Source of the DNA: Syncephalis fuscata S228
Taxonomy: Eukaryota > Fungi > Zoopagomycota
Reading direction: 5' to 3'
Assembly (NCBI GenBank): GCA_025786725.1
Contig: JAHLTZ010000014.1
Span: forward strand, 62,001 to 126,000
DNA: 64,000 bases
The first letter of the stretch is position 1, and every line of letters begins with the position of its first letter. The notes under the pieces were generated by a model. It was not told the DNA's origin, searched no databases, and worked only from the letters and a program-made list of their open reading frames with translations. A program made the translations under genes and the position numbers. This document shows, piece by piece, positions 27,901-41,571 of this stretch.

Positions 27901-28516
27901 TGTTAATTTAATAGGATCCGGTTCATCGGCGTCATGTATGGTCATTTATTGAGAAATTCAAGCGAGGTCGAGTCATTATTCTATCGACTCATTTAATGGA
28001 AGAAGCAGATACATTAGGTGACAAAATAGCCGTTATGGCCAAAGGAAAGCTAGTGTAAGTGGATTGGATACCATATAATATATAATATACAATATACAAT
28101 ATACAATATACTGATTTGTATATGTATAGGGCATTTGGTACTTCAATTCATTTAAAGAACAAGTTTGGTGCTGGCTATCGTGTTTCATTGATGTGTGAAG
28201 ACCAAGAACATGCCACGGCTCATTTGAAGGATATTATACCGCGCATTGTACCGACTGCTCGACTTCATGATGCTACAGCGGGTTCATTGGTCTATCAGAT
28301 CCCTTCACTAACTAATTTGACCAACCTAATTCGCTATGTCGAAGATAATCCCCACGGTAAGTTACACTAGATATTAAATAAAATGACATTGACTCATAGG
28401 TGTTGTTACTATTAATAGGTCTTGTACAAGGTTGGGGCATTACCCAAACGACACTTGAAGAAGTATTTCTACGTATTATTACTCGTGATCGTCGACAAAG
28501 TAAACGCATTCAATAA
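24920..28516 (+). CDS. Half-size ABCA-family transporter (one TMD plus one NBD), about 15 introns including one AT-AC intron
   Basis: [34 protein letters not shown], Walker [26 protein letters not shown], signature [48 protein letters not shown], then a stop. Confidence 0.92.
26440..26512 (+). other. AT-AC U12-type (minor spliceosome) intron in the ABCA gene
   Basis: 5' ATATCCTTT, branch TCCTTAAT at 26495-26502, 3' TTTAC. Splicing gives GCA G|TA GGG GCA, in frame with both flanking exons. Confidence 0.9.
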
Positions 28517-28660
28517 ACTATTGACCATTTTATGATATAATACTATTAATTGGATAGTGTAGATTACTTGTTAACTATAATAGACCATTTAATCAGACGG
28601 CATTTTAATTGACCCAATGAACATTAAGTTCACAGTATTTGTTTGTAATCAATATGATGT

Positions 28661-28896
28661 ACACACACACACACACGTGAACATGTTTGCACAGAATGGA
28701 TTTCGCACGCATCTACCAATAGGCCTTTTGTTAACACACACACACACACCTATTTGTCTATATTAAAGTCGTCAACCAAGCCATATCTTTTCTTTTAAGC
28801 CACCTTTCTTTCTTTCTTGTTCGTTCAACTTGTTTCTATCAACCACATCTTTCGTATATTAACAAACAAACTACAGTTCATTCATTCATTCATTCA
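28661..28896. repeat. Microsatellites upstream of XDH: two (CA)n tracts and a (TTCA)n run abutting the ATG
   Basis: ACACACAC tracts at about 28661-28676 and 28734-28749, and TTCA x5 at 28877-28896. Confidence 0.8.
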
Positions 28897-31800
28897 ATGA
28901 CTATTGCTCCAGGTTCTACTACTTCTACCAGCCATGACGGTGCTCGACAGTCAGTGGCTGGGTTAAAACAGCCATTAACACCAGCGTCGTTGTTATTTTA
29001 CGTCAACGGCACACGGGTTCAACTTGATAACCCTGATCCCGACCTTACTCTATTGCAATACCTACGTCATGCCGGTTTTAAAGGCACTAAACTCGGCTGC
29101 GGAGAAGGTGGCTGTGGTAAGTAGATAATCAGAATTTATAAATAATAAATTCTATAGTACTAATGGCTATGGCGACACTATATAGGTGCTTGTACGGTAA
29201 TGATATCAAGCTACAATGCAACCAATGATTGTATCAAGTAAGTAACCCATAAACTAACGAGTTGATATGAATAACCAATATAATGAATAGTCATATACCG
29301 GTCAATGCTTGTCTTGCCCCACTATGTGCTATGGATGGCAAGCATATTATTACAGTGGAGGGCATTGGCAAGGTAAAGAGCCCACATCCTGTACAGGAAC
29401 GTATTGCTTTATTGCATGGTTCTCAGTGTGGTTTCTGTACACCAGGCATTGTTATGTCATTGTATACACTTTTACGTAACAATCCTGAACCTAGTGAGGC
29501 TGATATTGAAGAAGCATTTGATGGTAATGATTAATAACGTTTGTGCGATTGTTTAATAATACATATTGATTATTGTTGTTGTTGTTAGGCAATTTATGTC
29601 GCTGTACAGGTTACAGACCTATTTTGGATGCAGCCAAAACTGTAAGTCACAAAGATTGAATAAATACATTTCACTATAGCGATTATCTATTAGTTTGTTA
29701 CGAGTAAATGTTGTAAATCAACAGATACTACTGAAAAGAAGGTAATCTAGACTATTTACTAGTAATAACTACTAACATTTATATTGCTCGTTAGCCTGTT
29801 GGCTGTGGTCTAGCTGATTGTTGTCAATTAAATGATTCTGGTAAAAGTACCGATATTGCTGGTATGATCAAGCCAGTATTGAAAGAATATGACAGCACAC
29901 AAGAGATTATATTTCCACCTACATTAGCCAATTACGCCAAAGATAAGTCAGAACAAGGCATTCATCGTAGACTTGAATTTGTCGGTCCGCGTACTACATG
30001 GCATCGACCATCAAGTGTTGATGAACTATTACTATTGAAGGTACTATTCTATTGTATACATTATATAGATACTAACTATAATGAATATTTAGCATGACCA
30101 TCCAAATGCTAAATTGATTGCTGGCAATACGGAGATTGGCGTAGAAATCAAGTTTAAACACTGCCACTATCCAGTACTTGTACATGCTAGTGATTTACCA
30201 GAATTGTCTACAATTCAATATACAGGTGCGTTTGTTACATAGTATTTAATTAATTTAAATATACTAATGTAGCTACATTACATAGAGCATGGTGTACAAT
30301 TAGGTGCCAATATTACGTTAGCTGCCATGCAAGCAGAATTTCATCGCTTAATAAAGACAGAACAGGTAAGCGTTGAATGATGGCAATGTATTAATACGGA
30401 TAGAGTATTCATCATCGTTTGTGTTATTAGAAGGAACGTGTTGAAACATTTGAAGCATTATTAAGTAATTTGGAATGGTTTGCAGGTCGACAGATCCGTA
30501 GTGTTGGTACATTGGCCGGCAATATTGCCACTGCCTCGCCTATTTCCGATGTGAATCCAATTCTTGTAGCTATTCACGCTCGATTAATTGTATCATCGAC
30601 TTCACGTGGTCGACGTGAAATTCCTATGACCGAATTCTTCCTTGGTTATCGTAAAACGGCTCTAGAGGCTGATGAAGCCATTATTGCCGTTATTATTCCA
30701 TTCTCTCAAAAGAATGAATATGTTCGTGCCTATAAACAGGCCCGTCGTAAAGATGATGATATTGCATTGTTAATGCAGCCATGCGTGTTCAGGTCTGTCC
30801 TGAGACACAAGTAATTAAAGATATCACCATTGCTTATGGTGGTATGGGTCCAACAACAGTGATGGCCAAAGCTACCAGTGCAGTACTACAAGGTGGCACA
30901 CTTGGCGACCAATCTCTGCTTGATCGGGCTACAGATACATTACTGCAACAGGTAAGTCATTGATTCAAATCAGTTAATTATAGTGTATTAATCAACCACT
31001 TAATGGTAGGAATTACGACTACAAGCCTCTACTCCTGGTGGCATGCCTGAGTATCGTATGTCATTGGCGGCCAGTTTCCTTTTCCGCTTCTGGTGTGATG
31101 TATCCAATCAATTGGGTGTTCAAATGGCCTCTGAAGATATTAGTGGCATCAATGAGATCAAACGTGGCCTGTCCCGTGGTGTACAAACATATGTTGATGC
31201 TCAGTAAGTAGCGAGTTTAATAATGCTATAGAATATAATAGCTACTAATACACGTGTATATAGAAATCTTCAAAGTATTGGCAAGTCATTGGCACATGTC
31301 AGTGCCATGAAACAAGTGACAGGCGAGGCAATTTACACGGATGACATACCACCAGTACAAGGCGAAGTATACGCAGCATTTGTTCGATCCAGCAAGGCCC
31401 ATGCCAAGATTATCAGTATCGATGCCAGTGAAGCATTGGCACAAGATAATGTTTATGGCTTCTACAGCTCAAAGGATGTACCCGGTACAAAACATTTAAT
31501 GCCCAATATGGCTGATGAGCCAGTATTTGCCATTGATGAAGTTATTTGTGTTGGACAGCCAATTGGTATGATTGCAGCCATAGATCAGGTGACTGCACAA
31601 CGTGCAGCACGTATGGTTAAAGTGGAATATGAAGAATTACCGCATATTATTACCATTGAAGTAAGTAAAAGAGTAAATAAATATAATAGAAACGATACTG
31701 ATATATAATGATTTATAGGAAGCCATTGAGGCCAAATCCTTCTTTAAAGTACAAAAAAGGATTAATAAGGGCGATGTAGATGGTGCTTTGGCTACAGCAG

Positions 31801-34366
31801 ATCATGTTTAGAAGGTAATAGTTCAGCTGTGTATCCTATTGTATATATTAACAACATTGATATTAGGTGAATATCGTATGGGAGGTCAAGAACATTTCTA
31901 CTTGGGTACGTAATTACCTAGTTAATGCTATTAGTATATTTACCTATGTAATTATGATTAGAAACTCATGGATGCATTGCCATTCCCAAGGGTGAAGATG
32001 GTGAAATGGAATTGATTTCCTGTACACAAAATCCATCAGAAACTCAAGAAATTACCGCTAGAGTATTGGGTGTACCCAGTTCACATGTTGTATGCAGAGT
32101 TAAGCGAATGGGCGGTGGATTTGGTGGTAAAGAATCACGTAGTGTTGCATTAGCAGCAGCTTTGGCGGTTGTTGCCCATAATCTTAATAAGCCGGCACGT
32201 TGCATGCTTGACCGTGACGAAGATATGTACATTACTGGTCAGCGTCATCCTTTCCTTGGACAATGGCGTGCCGGTATTAGTAAAGACGGTATAATACAAG
32301 GTGTTGACTTTAAGGTAAGTAGCTTATCGGTAGTAGAATAGTTGCTTATCATTGATATTAGCTTTATTCTAACGGTGGCTGTACCACCGATCTATCAATT
32401 GCTGTACTGGATCGCGCAACTACTCATTTGGACAATGCATACTACATTCCTAATATACGTATATTAGGCACTGCTTGTCGTACAAATACACCAAGTAATA
32501 CAGCGTATGTATTTACTATAAGCTATATATATATATATAGTACTAATAATTGTTTAGTTTCCGTGGATTTGGTGGACCTCAAGGTATGATTGTTGTTGAG
32601 GCACTTATGCATCAAATTGCCGATCATTTGAAAGTACCCGTTATGGAAATTCAAGTAAGTTACAATAGTTTAGTAGTAGTAGTAGTAGTAGTAGTAAAGT
32701 ACTAATACAATTATTAATTAGGAACGCAACTTTTATAAAGAAGGCCAATTGACCTATTACAACCAAGCAGTAATAGGCTGGCATGTACCTCAAATGTGGG
32801 AACAATTAAAAGCATCAAGTGATTATGCAAAACGACGAGAGGAGGTTGACGCCTTTAATCGTTCTTCAAAATGGAAGAAGCGTGGTTTGGCGATGTTACC
32901 AACAAAGTAAGTTGTTAAAATGAATATTGTATATTTAGTAATATACTGTTACTGCCATCACTATAAGATATGGTATTTCCTTTGGTTTCCTGACTCTCAA
33001 TCAGGCCGGTGCACTTGTGCATGTCTACAATGATGGATCAGTATTACTCTCTCATGGTATGTAATAGCCTTTCTATACTTGATATATATAAAAAGACTAA
33101 TATATATATGATATGGTATGATATGATATGAATCGACAATAGGTGGTACGGAAATGGGACAAGGACTACACACAAAGATGATTCAAATATGCGCTGAATA
33201 TCTACGTATTCCTGTATCTTCAGTTCATATAAGTGAAACTGCCACCGATAAAGTGGCCAATACAAGTCCCACTGCAGCTAGTGCCTCGAGTGATATCCTT
33301 GATTATAAACTAACAACAGCAACAATAATAATAATAATTGAAATAGTAGCCTTAACTTTTGATTGATTGGTTGATTGATCGATGAGTGTACATCTGAATG
33401 GTATGGCCATCAAGTTTGCTTGTGAGAAAATATCGGCCCGTTTAGAACCATATCGCCAGAAATATCCTGATGCTACATTTGCTGAAGTAAGTGTAACTAT
33501 AACTTGTACAGTAATGACTAACAGTATAGTAGATTGTTCACAAGGCCTACATGGATCGTGTTAATCTCAGTGCCAATGGTTTCTACAAGGTGCCCGATAT
33601 TGGTCATAACTGGGAGACCAACGAAGGACCACTTTATTTATACTATACGCAAGGCACAGCAGTAAGCGAAGTCGAAGTGGATATTCTTACTGGCGATCAC
33701 ACTGTCATCCGAACGGATTTGATGATGGATATTGGCAAGAGTATAAATTATGTCATTGATGTTGGACAGGTATAGTGCTTATAGATTAGTAATAATGAAT
33801 ATTAAATACAATATACGTCGTTAGATTGAAGGTGCTTTGATGCAAGGCATTGGTAAGTGAAGCTTGTACGAGTAAGTTGAAAAGAATGTAACTAAATAAT
33901 GATCTATTTAGGCTGGTGTACCATTGAACAGTCTTTGACCTTCCCTAATGGACATATGTTCACTCGTGGACCAGGTGCCTATAAACTGCCTGGTTTTAGA
34001 GATATTCCACAGGATATGCGGATTCACATATTTAAGGATGGCAATTATGAACACTTGAAGACAATCAATAGCAGTAAAGGTGTGGGTGAGCCACCTCTTT
34101 TCTTGGGTGCTTCAGTGATATTTGCCATTCGAGATGCTTTGCAATCGGCTCGGTAAGTTGTTTAGTTTGTATTGATCAGCGAATGGATGAATGGCTAATT
34201 GACATGACGGTGCACATTTAGACGAGATGCGGGCTGCGAGGAAAGTTTAATACTACACTCGCCGGCTACTGCTGAACGTATTAGATTGGCGTGTATGGAT
34301 AGTATTATGACGGCAGCTCGACTCGGTGAGGCTGATGTTGGTAAACCATGGGTAGTAGAACCCTAG
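28897..34366 (+). CDS. XDH: Xanthine dehydrogenase/oxidase (Fe-S, FAD, molybdopterin), about 23 introns including one AT-AC intron
   Basis: [124 protein letters not shown]. Confidence 0.97.
33293..33391 (+). other. AT-AC U12-type intron in XDH
   Basis: 5' ATATCCTT, branch-like CCTTAAC at 33350-33356, 3' GTAC. Splicing gives AGT G|AT CTG AAT GGT ATG, the conserved SASSDLNGMA. Confidence 0.92.
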
Positions 34367-34876
34367 CTGGCTTTATTATTTGAATTTGTCAATAAATAAG
34401 TGCATTGTGAAGCAAAGAAGTGCTCTATAGCTTGTGTTTGTTTATGCATATATATATATGCTACTAAAGTTTTATTATAATGTCAGTGTATTTGCTTAGT
34501 AGATATTGTTATAGTAGCACTGCGTTATATAGCAGCTTGATAGTCTTTTACTTGAATGGTCAATCTATTTAAGAGTATTTGATTATTGATGCCATTCATC
34601 ATCTAATTTCATCTTTAATAGATAAACAGTCACGCGTGTGTATATATCGAGTGCATGTTGCTCCTGTAATGTGAATATAAAAATAACGTATACATTTAAA
34701 CTTATAGTCAGTTTCAATGCGTGACAATGTAATAGTTTATGCTATACATGATCAATTTATTGGATGTATAGCAACGGCTAATTTATTGTCATTTCGTAAG
34801 ACGTCATAATTTATTACAAATAAAACATGACACAATGATATGGACCACCAGGGAATACGTGAGAATTTGCTTCGAT

Positions 34877-35230
34877 CTACAAAACATAATAAGTTAAGGA
34901 ATGCATGAAACAATAACCAATACTTACCGGCTTGTTTTCGTTAAATTCATTAGCTTCTTCACGTCGAGCGTAGCAATGCAAATTACCCATACGCTTCTTG
35001 TTGAAATATGCGGTGGATATGCAGCCATAATCGACGTTTCGCCAGGCCGTAAATAGTTCCAAGTTGGACCATTCTGTGTGTATTTTTTGGCTGGCAATAA
35101 AGTTATTCATAGTAACTGCACAGTTGATGCCCTTTAAGTCGTTGGAGGGTGCGGCATCAGCAAGTAGTGCACTATCTATAAGGTTTAATGCAGCTACGAG
35201 CGCAAGAGTAATAGGAAAAAGAAGCTTCAT
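34877..35230 (-). CDS. Small secreted protein, 117 aa, 4 Cys
   Basis: Intronless ORF with a signal-peptide-like start MKLLFPITLALVAALNLIDSALLADA and four cysteines in the mature part. Confidence 0.75.
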   Translation of the reverse strand: MKLLFPITLALVAALNLIDSALLADAAPSNDLKGINCAVTMNNFIASQKIHTEWSNLELFTAWRNVDYGCISTAYFNKKRMGNLHCYARREEANEFNENKPVSIGYCFMHSLTYYVL

Positions 35231-36275
35231 TGTCTAATGTGATAGCTTGGGCTGTATATATCAACTAGTGTAAGCGGGAGGTGGAGAGCGTAGTGCTTGT
35301 ACATTTTATGACCGATGTTATTTTGGGTATTATTTTATAGCTGTATTGGTATTGGTAGAAAAGAGCAAATAAAATATTTGCTTGGCTTTTTCTATCTCTA
35401 TACTAATCTAGGTTGCAAAGAATGAGGTGAATTCTACATTACTCCATTGGTAAAATGCCATCACATTAATCATTCTATATATGTATAAAATAATTAAGTG
35501 GGCTTGAAACAAAAGCGACGTGCTAATTTCAGCTATACATTTTTGAAATGTCGGACAAGTTAGATATCGGACAACCAGAAGAACGGAGCTATTAAAGTTA
35601 ATGGCACAAGCAGTCAATTAAATGGCTGAAGATAAGTATAACTATATTAGTATTATTAATCTCACATTTATTAAACTTAGTATTTAAAATTAAAAATTAC
35701 ATTAGAATATACTATTATGGGTCATCATCTTACTGTTATAATTTGCTATTGTAAACCTTATCTATACCCGATAAGAATATCAAAATAAGCGATTGTATCG
35801 ACGAATAAAAGGTTATTGATAAGGGAGTAACCATTTTCTACTTTTAGCAATTGAAAATAGATTTAACATTTTACAAAGACTGTTTCATTCCACGTGTTGA
35901 CTATGTTTTTAAACACAGTTGTAATAGATAGATTGTGTAGATAACAACAGTACTGTAGTGGCTGTATGTGTAAAGTATACCATTGTAGCGATATTTGAGC
36001 ATTGCTATTGGTGATCGCCACTATTGCTCTAAAAGCATTAACAGCTACACCACACTATCGCCAATACGATTAATATTTCTATTGATGACGTATCTATACT
36101 TTTTTACGTTCAAATAGTTATAGATACTGTATGATTATTTACAATAAATGATATATACATATATACATAGTTTAAAACATTAAATATTTGGTTGATACTT
36201 TAATATGCTATGTAATTGTTACAATATGTTTATTACGTAGATTATTTACACTAAACATTTTAAATAAGTTTATTA

Positions 36276-38339
36276 TTATAACATGTATGCTTCGTATACA
36301 CAAGCATCTTTCTCATTAACCCTACCAATAGCAACAGCTGATACTTTATATTCAATAAATTTTGAAAATAAATATTTACTTGGTGGCGGAAACTGTGTTG
36401 TTTCTACAGGATTTAAAGGCATATGTTCTTTGTTCTCTTCACTTGTCTGTCAGTAAGATTGTTGGTGGATTATATATACGACCAGTACGCATGTCTACAA
36501 ACCAATTCTCTTTGTTTTCTGAGCTAAACAATTCACATAATGATCCAAGAAAGGGACAAGTTGAAAGTAGAGTGGACAAGTGATTGAGCGCAATAATCCC
36601 ATTTCGAGCAGCTAACACATCAAGTGCTGGACGATTTTGAACAACAATCAGTTTCTCACTGTATAGCTTTGTAATACGATTATGGCTTATAGATCGACTC
36701 CATAATACATGTCCTTGGTCGGCACTGTCAATTGGCAATACTCGACCGTAATCTCTGGCATCAAATATTGATTGTGCTGAATCATTTGGTGAAAACTTTC
36801 CTAGTACAAATAATGACAATGTGGCACTAAATGTTCTATTTTTAAGACGTTTTGTTTGATTTTTTTGATCATATATAATGATTAAACACATCTTTTCTGT
36901 ATAAGTCAGTGTTTCGATTGTAGCGTTCGGACAATATGGAATGGTGATTTGATCAGATAATATTTTCTGACACTGAGATTGACCTTTTTGAGCATCGAAT
37001 ACCTCCCATTGAATTCGCATTACTTGATTGCCATTGCCATCAATTTGTGGATCTGGAGTAGTAATGAACTTGGAATCAGTGTTGGATTTTACAGAATTGG
37101 ATATTATTTTCCACATGATAAATTGGCATTGACTATAAGAAGCAAACTGAATACAGGAAAGTGAATAACGGTTGTGATGTCGTGGGCCTTCTATCCACTG
37201 ATTTGCATCTAGATTAAATAAATAATATTTATAGCATTTTTCTTTTTCATAGTAAGTGTCTAAAAACATCCAGTCTTCATAAATAGTGGATATTCTACGT
37301 AATTCTGGTTTTTCCGAATTAATATCTTTGGAGTCAAGATAAATGATATTAGGTGGTGAATTGCCAGCAACAGGCCATACTAAAAGGGCACGTCGTGAGA
37401 CAACATATCGTTCATATGAAGCTGTAATGGCTGAAAGGCTAATAGAATACTCATCTAAAGGGTTATAAACCTCATTTTCATTTTCTTTACTATATTGTGC
37501 TTCCATTTCAGCTACATTTGCTATTGTCAATATTGTTAATACATAGCTGATATAATCATTAGCATTGACAATTATTACTTACTGATTGGCCCACCAATAT
37601 CTATTGGCTTGACATCATTATATGTATCTATATCAAATTACCCACAACAAATCGACGTGTTCCATAAAACGCACGGAATAAACCATCATTACAAAATAAA
37701 GACGGCGCTGAAGGCATAGTCAGTTTCTTCCAAGCCAACTTTTCTTTGTTGTGTCCGTTTTTCTTCTTAAATACGTTATCCAAATTAAGCACGTTACTGA
37801 TGCATTTATATCTTCCCTTAGTGCATACCAAGGATTGACGCTTCTCAATGCTGCTTGAGTGTGCTTACTAATCGGCAATTGACACGTCCGTTTTTTGAAT
37901 CGGCCCATTATAAAGTTGCGATTAGCCTGTCGACGTCTTTGATAAGCATAAAACCATTTGGTGGTTTCAAAATTAGGTGCTAATAACAAATGACTATCAG
38001 GTGAGTATATTCATTATCATCATTATCGACAGTTGCAACAGCAGACGATAATAACTGTTCCTGGTCTGTTCTATTTACATTGAGTGTAGATTCATCCGAT
38101 TCTGATGTAGGATTGATATCCAAGTTATACCATGTTAGCCAGTCTTGCTCACGTCGATCACCTAGACAAAACTTTCGTCTATATTGTCGCTCCCAATGAT
38201 TGGGTTGGTCAACTATTATTTTATAAATATGTCGACAGCAGTAGCAAAAAGCACAGTTCTTTCTCTTCCATAAAACGACACAAATACAGCAAAATATCAT
38301 GGCTTTGCCAAAATGTTTACTGCGTGTATTTAATGACAT
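36276..38339 (-). CDS. F-box-like family protein, copy B (1 intron, several frameshifts)
   Basis: ORFs 37980-38426, 37720-37989, 37628-37831 and 36439-37530 are homologous to copies A, C and D. It ends ..YEAYML*. Confidence 0.78.
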
Positions 38340-39925
38340 GGCGAATAGTAATAACAGTTTAAAGTTTGCTACGTAGTAGATAGGAAGAACAGTGTTGGAT
38401 ACAAGTAGAAGAAAAAGCATGCACAATGTGGCTGCTTTGTCTATTTATAGTATTCAATGGTTACACATTTGAATGACTATTAATGATGATATTGCTACTA
38501 TTTGATCAATAAGTAAATGCATAATGAATGCATAAAGTCATATTGAGTCGTCTGTAAAACTAGGCAGGTTTTAATTATTCAATAGGTGACTAATTGCTAA
38601 GAAAACAGCTATATAATTGGTTGGTACTGTAATTGAACGAAGAGCTTATGTTAAAATTGCATACTTGCAAGTACAACGTATCCTTATTATTCAGCTTATT
38701 CACCAATAACTATCAATACTACACTACCAAATTTCCCATAATTTATTAGCTGAATTACTATTTATGTTGATATAATTTTATTGTAATAGATTATATTGGT
38801 GCAATGAAAATAATTAACAATTATAAACATATATAAATGCGTAAAAATACGAGTTAAATAGACTTGGCTATTATTTATTGTTAGCAAACGCTAATTTTTA
38901 TAGATATATTCCAAATAAATAAACATGGCGTTTAAAATATCATGAAAAGTGTGCGGTTACAATTATTTAGATTGGAAAAATCAGGCAATTTTTAATTATC
39001 AAATATGGTAATAGTATATTAAATCATTTATAATTTTGACTAAATTTTACTTTAGCTTTTACATTTTGAGTCCCCAAAGCACAATTGTTCCAATCAGTCA
39101 TATTATTGCTATATGCAACATAGCTATATTACTTTCTATTAAATATTGTTAATAAATTGATTTAAATAAATAATGTAACATACCATTTACTTTCTTTAGA
39201 AGATTTGAGGCCGATTATTTGGTTGTTGGCCATGTGTAGAAAGATTGATCGAATATTAATAAAAGTCATATGATTGCAATTCCATGTCATTCCGCGTTTG
39301 TTGTTGTTGCATCTATGTACAGTATGGATTATTGCATCTAATGGTCACTTCTATTTTCTAATATTATACTATTGCATTTTGGGCATATTTATGCTGTAAG
39401 ATCAATATTAATATAACTATTATAAAAGTCGTTTATTAAACAGTCATTTCCCTATAGCCAACCTGACTAAATAAATGACATTTGAACAATTAATAGCATA
39501 ACGACAACATATATTATTAAGCTATTTTATTAAACATGTTAAATGTGTGATTTCCGTATTAGGAAATAGTTAAGGAATTGTCAAGGATTATATTGATGTT
39601 ATTTATAAAAGTACAATAAAGAAAATGTAACTAATGTTGCTCTAATCCTAACATAATATCTAGAATATTGCTTATGATCGAGCAATACAATCGAAGGTTG
39701 TATCGCTAACTAAAAGGCTGTTGGCTAAATGAGTGACTAGCTTTTCTGGTTTTGGCAATCAACAACAGGTTTATTTCCATCGCAACTGTTTCATTCTGAC
39801 TCATGCATTTGTTGACGACGTTTTTCAGACGAATTTGTAATAAATAGTCAATGTAGATAACGAGGACATCGTGGTATCCCATTTTTAAACTATACTATTA
39901 TTGCATAAAGAACAACAGCGGCAGA

Positions 39926-41482
39926 ATGTGTAATTCTGGTTTGTGTAGACTACCAGACGATGCATTATGCCGTATTCTCATTCTACTTGATGCCGGTGAC
40001 CTTCTTGCTATAGAACGTGCCTGTCTTCGTATCCGCCACTTTCTCGTATCAGCTGGCTGGCGTATTTGGTTGCGTCACATAAGCTGGAATTTTGCATCAT
40101 GTCCAGTGCCAAGTTTACGCATGTTAACTTTTTCAGCCCTTCCTTATTCGCGTGTAAACAACTCGGCAAGTGTTAAATACCAGCCTAGAAAGATTACGGC
40201 TGGACCAAGCTATTTTGCAAAAGTCGGTTCCATTTCCGATAAACTATGGCGTGAAGGCAATCCCACTTCTTATCTTTTTGACCAGCATGCAGAAGCATCG
40301 GGGCCAGTAGTGCGTACAGATGGCACTTTTGTCGCTTGGACCGTACGTAGCCAGGTCAAATGGACTTGTTCAACGGCAAAATGGCCGGCAGAATCATTTG
40401 AAACAACAAAAGTGTTTAGTGCGCATACATCTGATTTAACAGACTTAATACTAGAGGAAGACGGCCAACAGGCCAACATAACGGTCGCTGGTGTTGATGG
40501 CAGTGTTGCTTGTTGGCGTGTAGGCCATAATGTTAAGCATCGACCACTAAGCGAAAAGAATTACAATAACCATTCAAATAGCACCCGGAAAGCAAACGAT
40601 CAAAATGCTAATCTTTGCTGGCGTCTATCGGTAGCAGGAAAAGGAGTACAGCGTATTCAGCAGAAAGCAGGCATTCCTCATCGTTTAATTTCAGTATCGC
40701 ATGACCTACAATTGCGTGTAATAGATACAAATCGACAAAATGTTGTCGCGCAAACAACACTTCCAACGCGTCCATGGGCACTTCAATGGCTTGCGGATGA
40801 TACATTAGCTGTAGGATTATTTGGCTATCCTGGATCTTTAGCTATTTATCGTTTAAGGCCAGATGCTATACAGTTTGATACGTTTCTACTGGGCCATAAA
40901 TCATCCGTCTACGGACTAGATGCTTGTCCACTTGCTCCAAAATTATTGCTATCGGGCGGGTTTGAAGGCGAGACACGTTTATGGGATCTACGACTAGCAA
41001 CAGGTATATCTGGCTCTAGAGATAGTTGCAGTGCTGTACGGGACTTATCGTCGTCGATACCCGGCAGCTATTGCTGTGTTGGCTTGTTTGAAGACCGATG
41101 GGACGACACTGCCGTCTATTGCTGTCGGTGGGATGGACAGCGTGTTGCGTCGGGCCGAGGCCGTAATGGTTCAGTAACCTTTTGGGATACTCGATGGCGT
41201 AATGTTACTACTCGCCTATCTACATCAACTACAGACATGCCATCTCAAGATATGCTTGAAACAAACTATAAATGCTGGACAAAGCGGAATGGCCGACGCT
41301 GGACACCAGTTTATTCAATTTGTTTAGAGCAAACGCGTGTTTTAGCGGCATTAGAAACTGAATTATGGTGGCTAGATTTCTCAGGTAATTCACTCACTGC
41401 ACCAACACAAACACTTCCGCCTTTAGCAAAAGGAAGGAAAGGTCGAAAATATTATCATCAACGACGACACCAACATCAATAG
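39926..41482 (+). CDS. F-box/WD40-repeat protein, intronless
   Basis: N-terminal LCRLPDDALCRILILLDAGDLLAIERAC (F-box). WD repeats SAHTSDLTDL..DGSVACW, LGHKSSVYGL..LLSGGFEGETRLWD and VTFWD. Confidence 0.85.
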   Translation: MCNSGLCRLPDDALCRILILLDAGDLLAIERACLRIRHFLVSAGWRIWLRHISWNFASCPVPSLRMLTFSALPYSRVNNSASVKYQPRKITAGPSYFAKVGSISDKLWREGNPTSYLFDQHAEASGPVVRTDGTFVAWTVRSQVKWTCSTAKWPAESFETTKVFSAHTSDLTDLILEEDGQQANITVAGVDGSVACWRVGHNVKHRPLSEKNYNNHSNSTRKANDQNANLCWRLSVAGKGVQRIQQKAGIPHRLISVSHDLQLRVIDTNRQNVVAQTTLPTRPWALQWLADDTLAVGLFGYPGSLAIYRLRPDAIQFDTFLLGHKSSVYGLDACPLAPKLLLSGGFEGETRLWDLRLATGISGSRDSCSAVRDLSSSIPGSYCCVGLFEDRWDDTAVYCCRWDGQRVASGRGRNGSVTFWDTRWRNVTTRLSTSTTDMPSQDMLETNYKCWTKRNGRRWTPVYSICLEQTRVLAALETELWWLDFSGNSLTAPTQTLPPLAKGRKGRKYYHQRRHQHQ

Positions 41483-41533
41483 TCGAATTAGCAGCATAAT
41501 CCATATAGCTACAGACAATATCTTTACTAGATT

Positions 41534-41571
<38 letters not shown>

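Noticed and set aside
31831-31840. GTATCCTA inside XDH as a possible GT-AG U12 donor
   Set aside because: It lies within a normal intron that starts GTAATA at 31815 and is not needed for the reading frame.
7268-34366. ureG, PRO1 and XDH as a nitrogen/purine catabolism gene cluster
   Set aside because: They are separated by unrelated genes over 27 kb, and no other pathway members (uricase, allantoinase, urease) are present.
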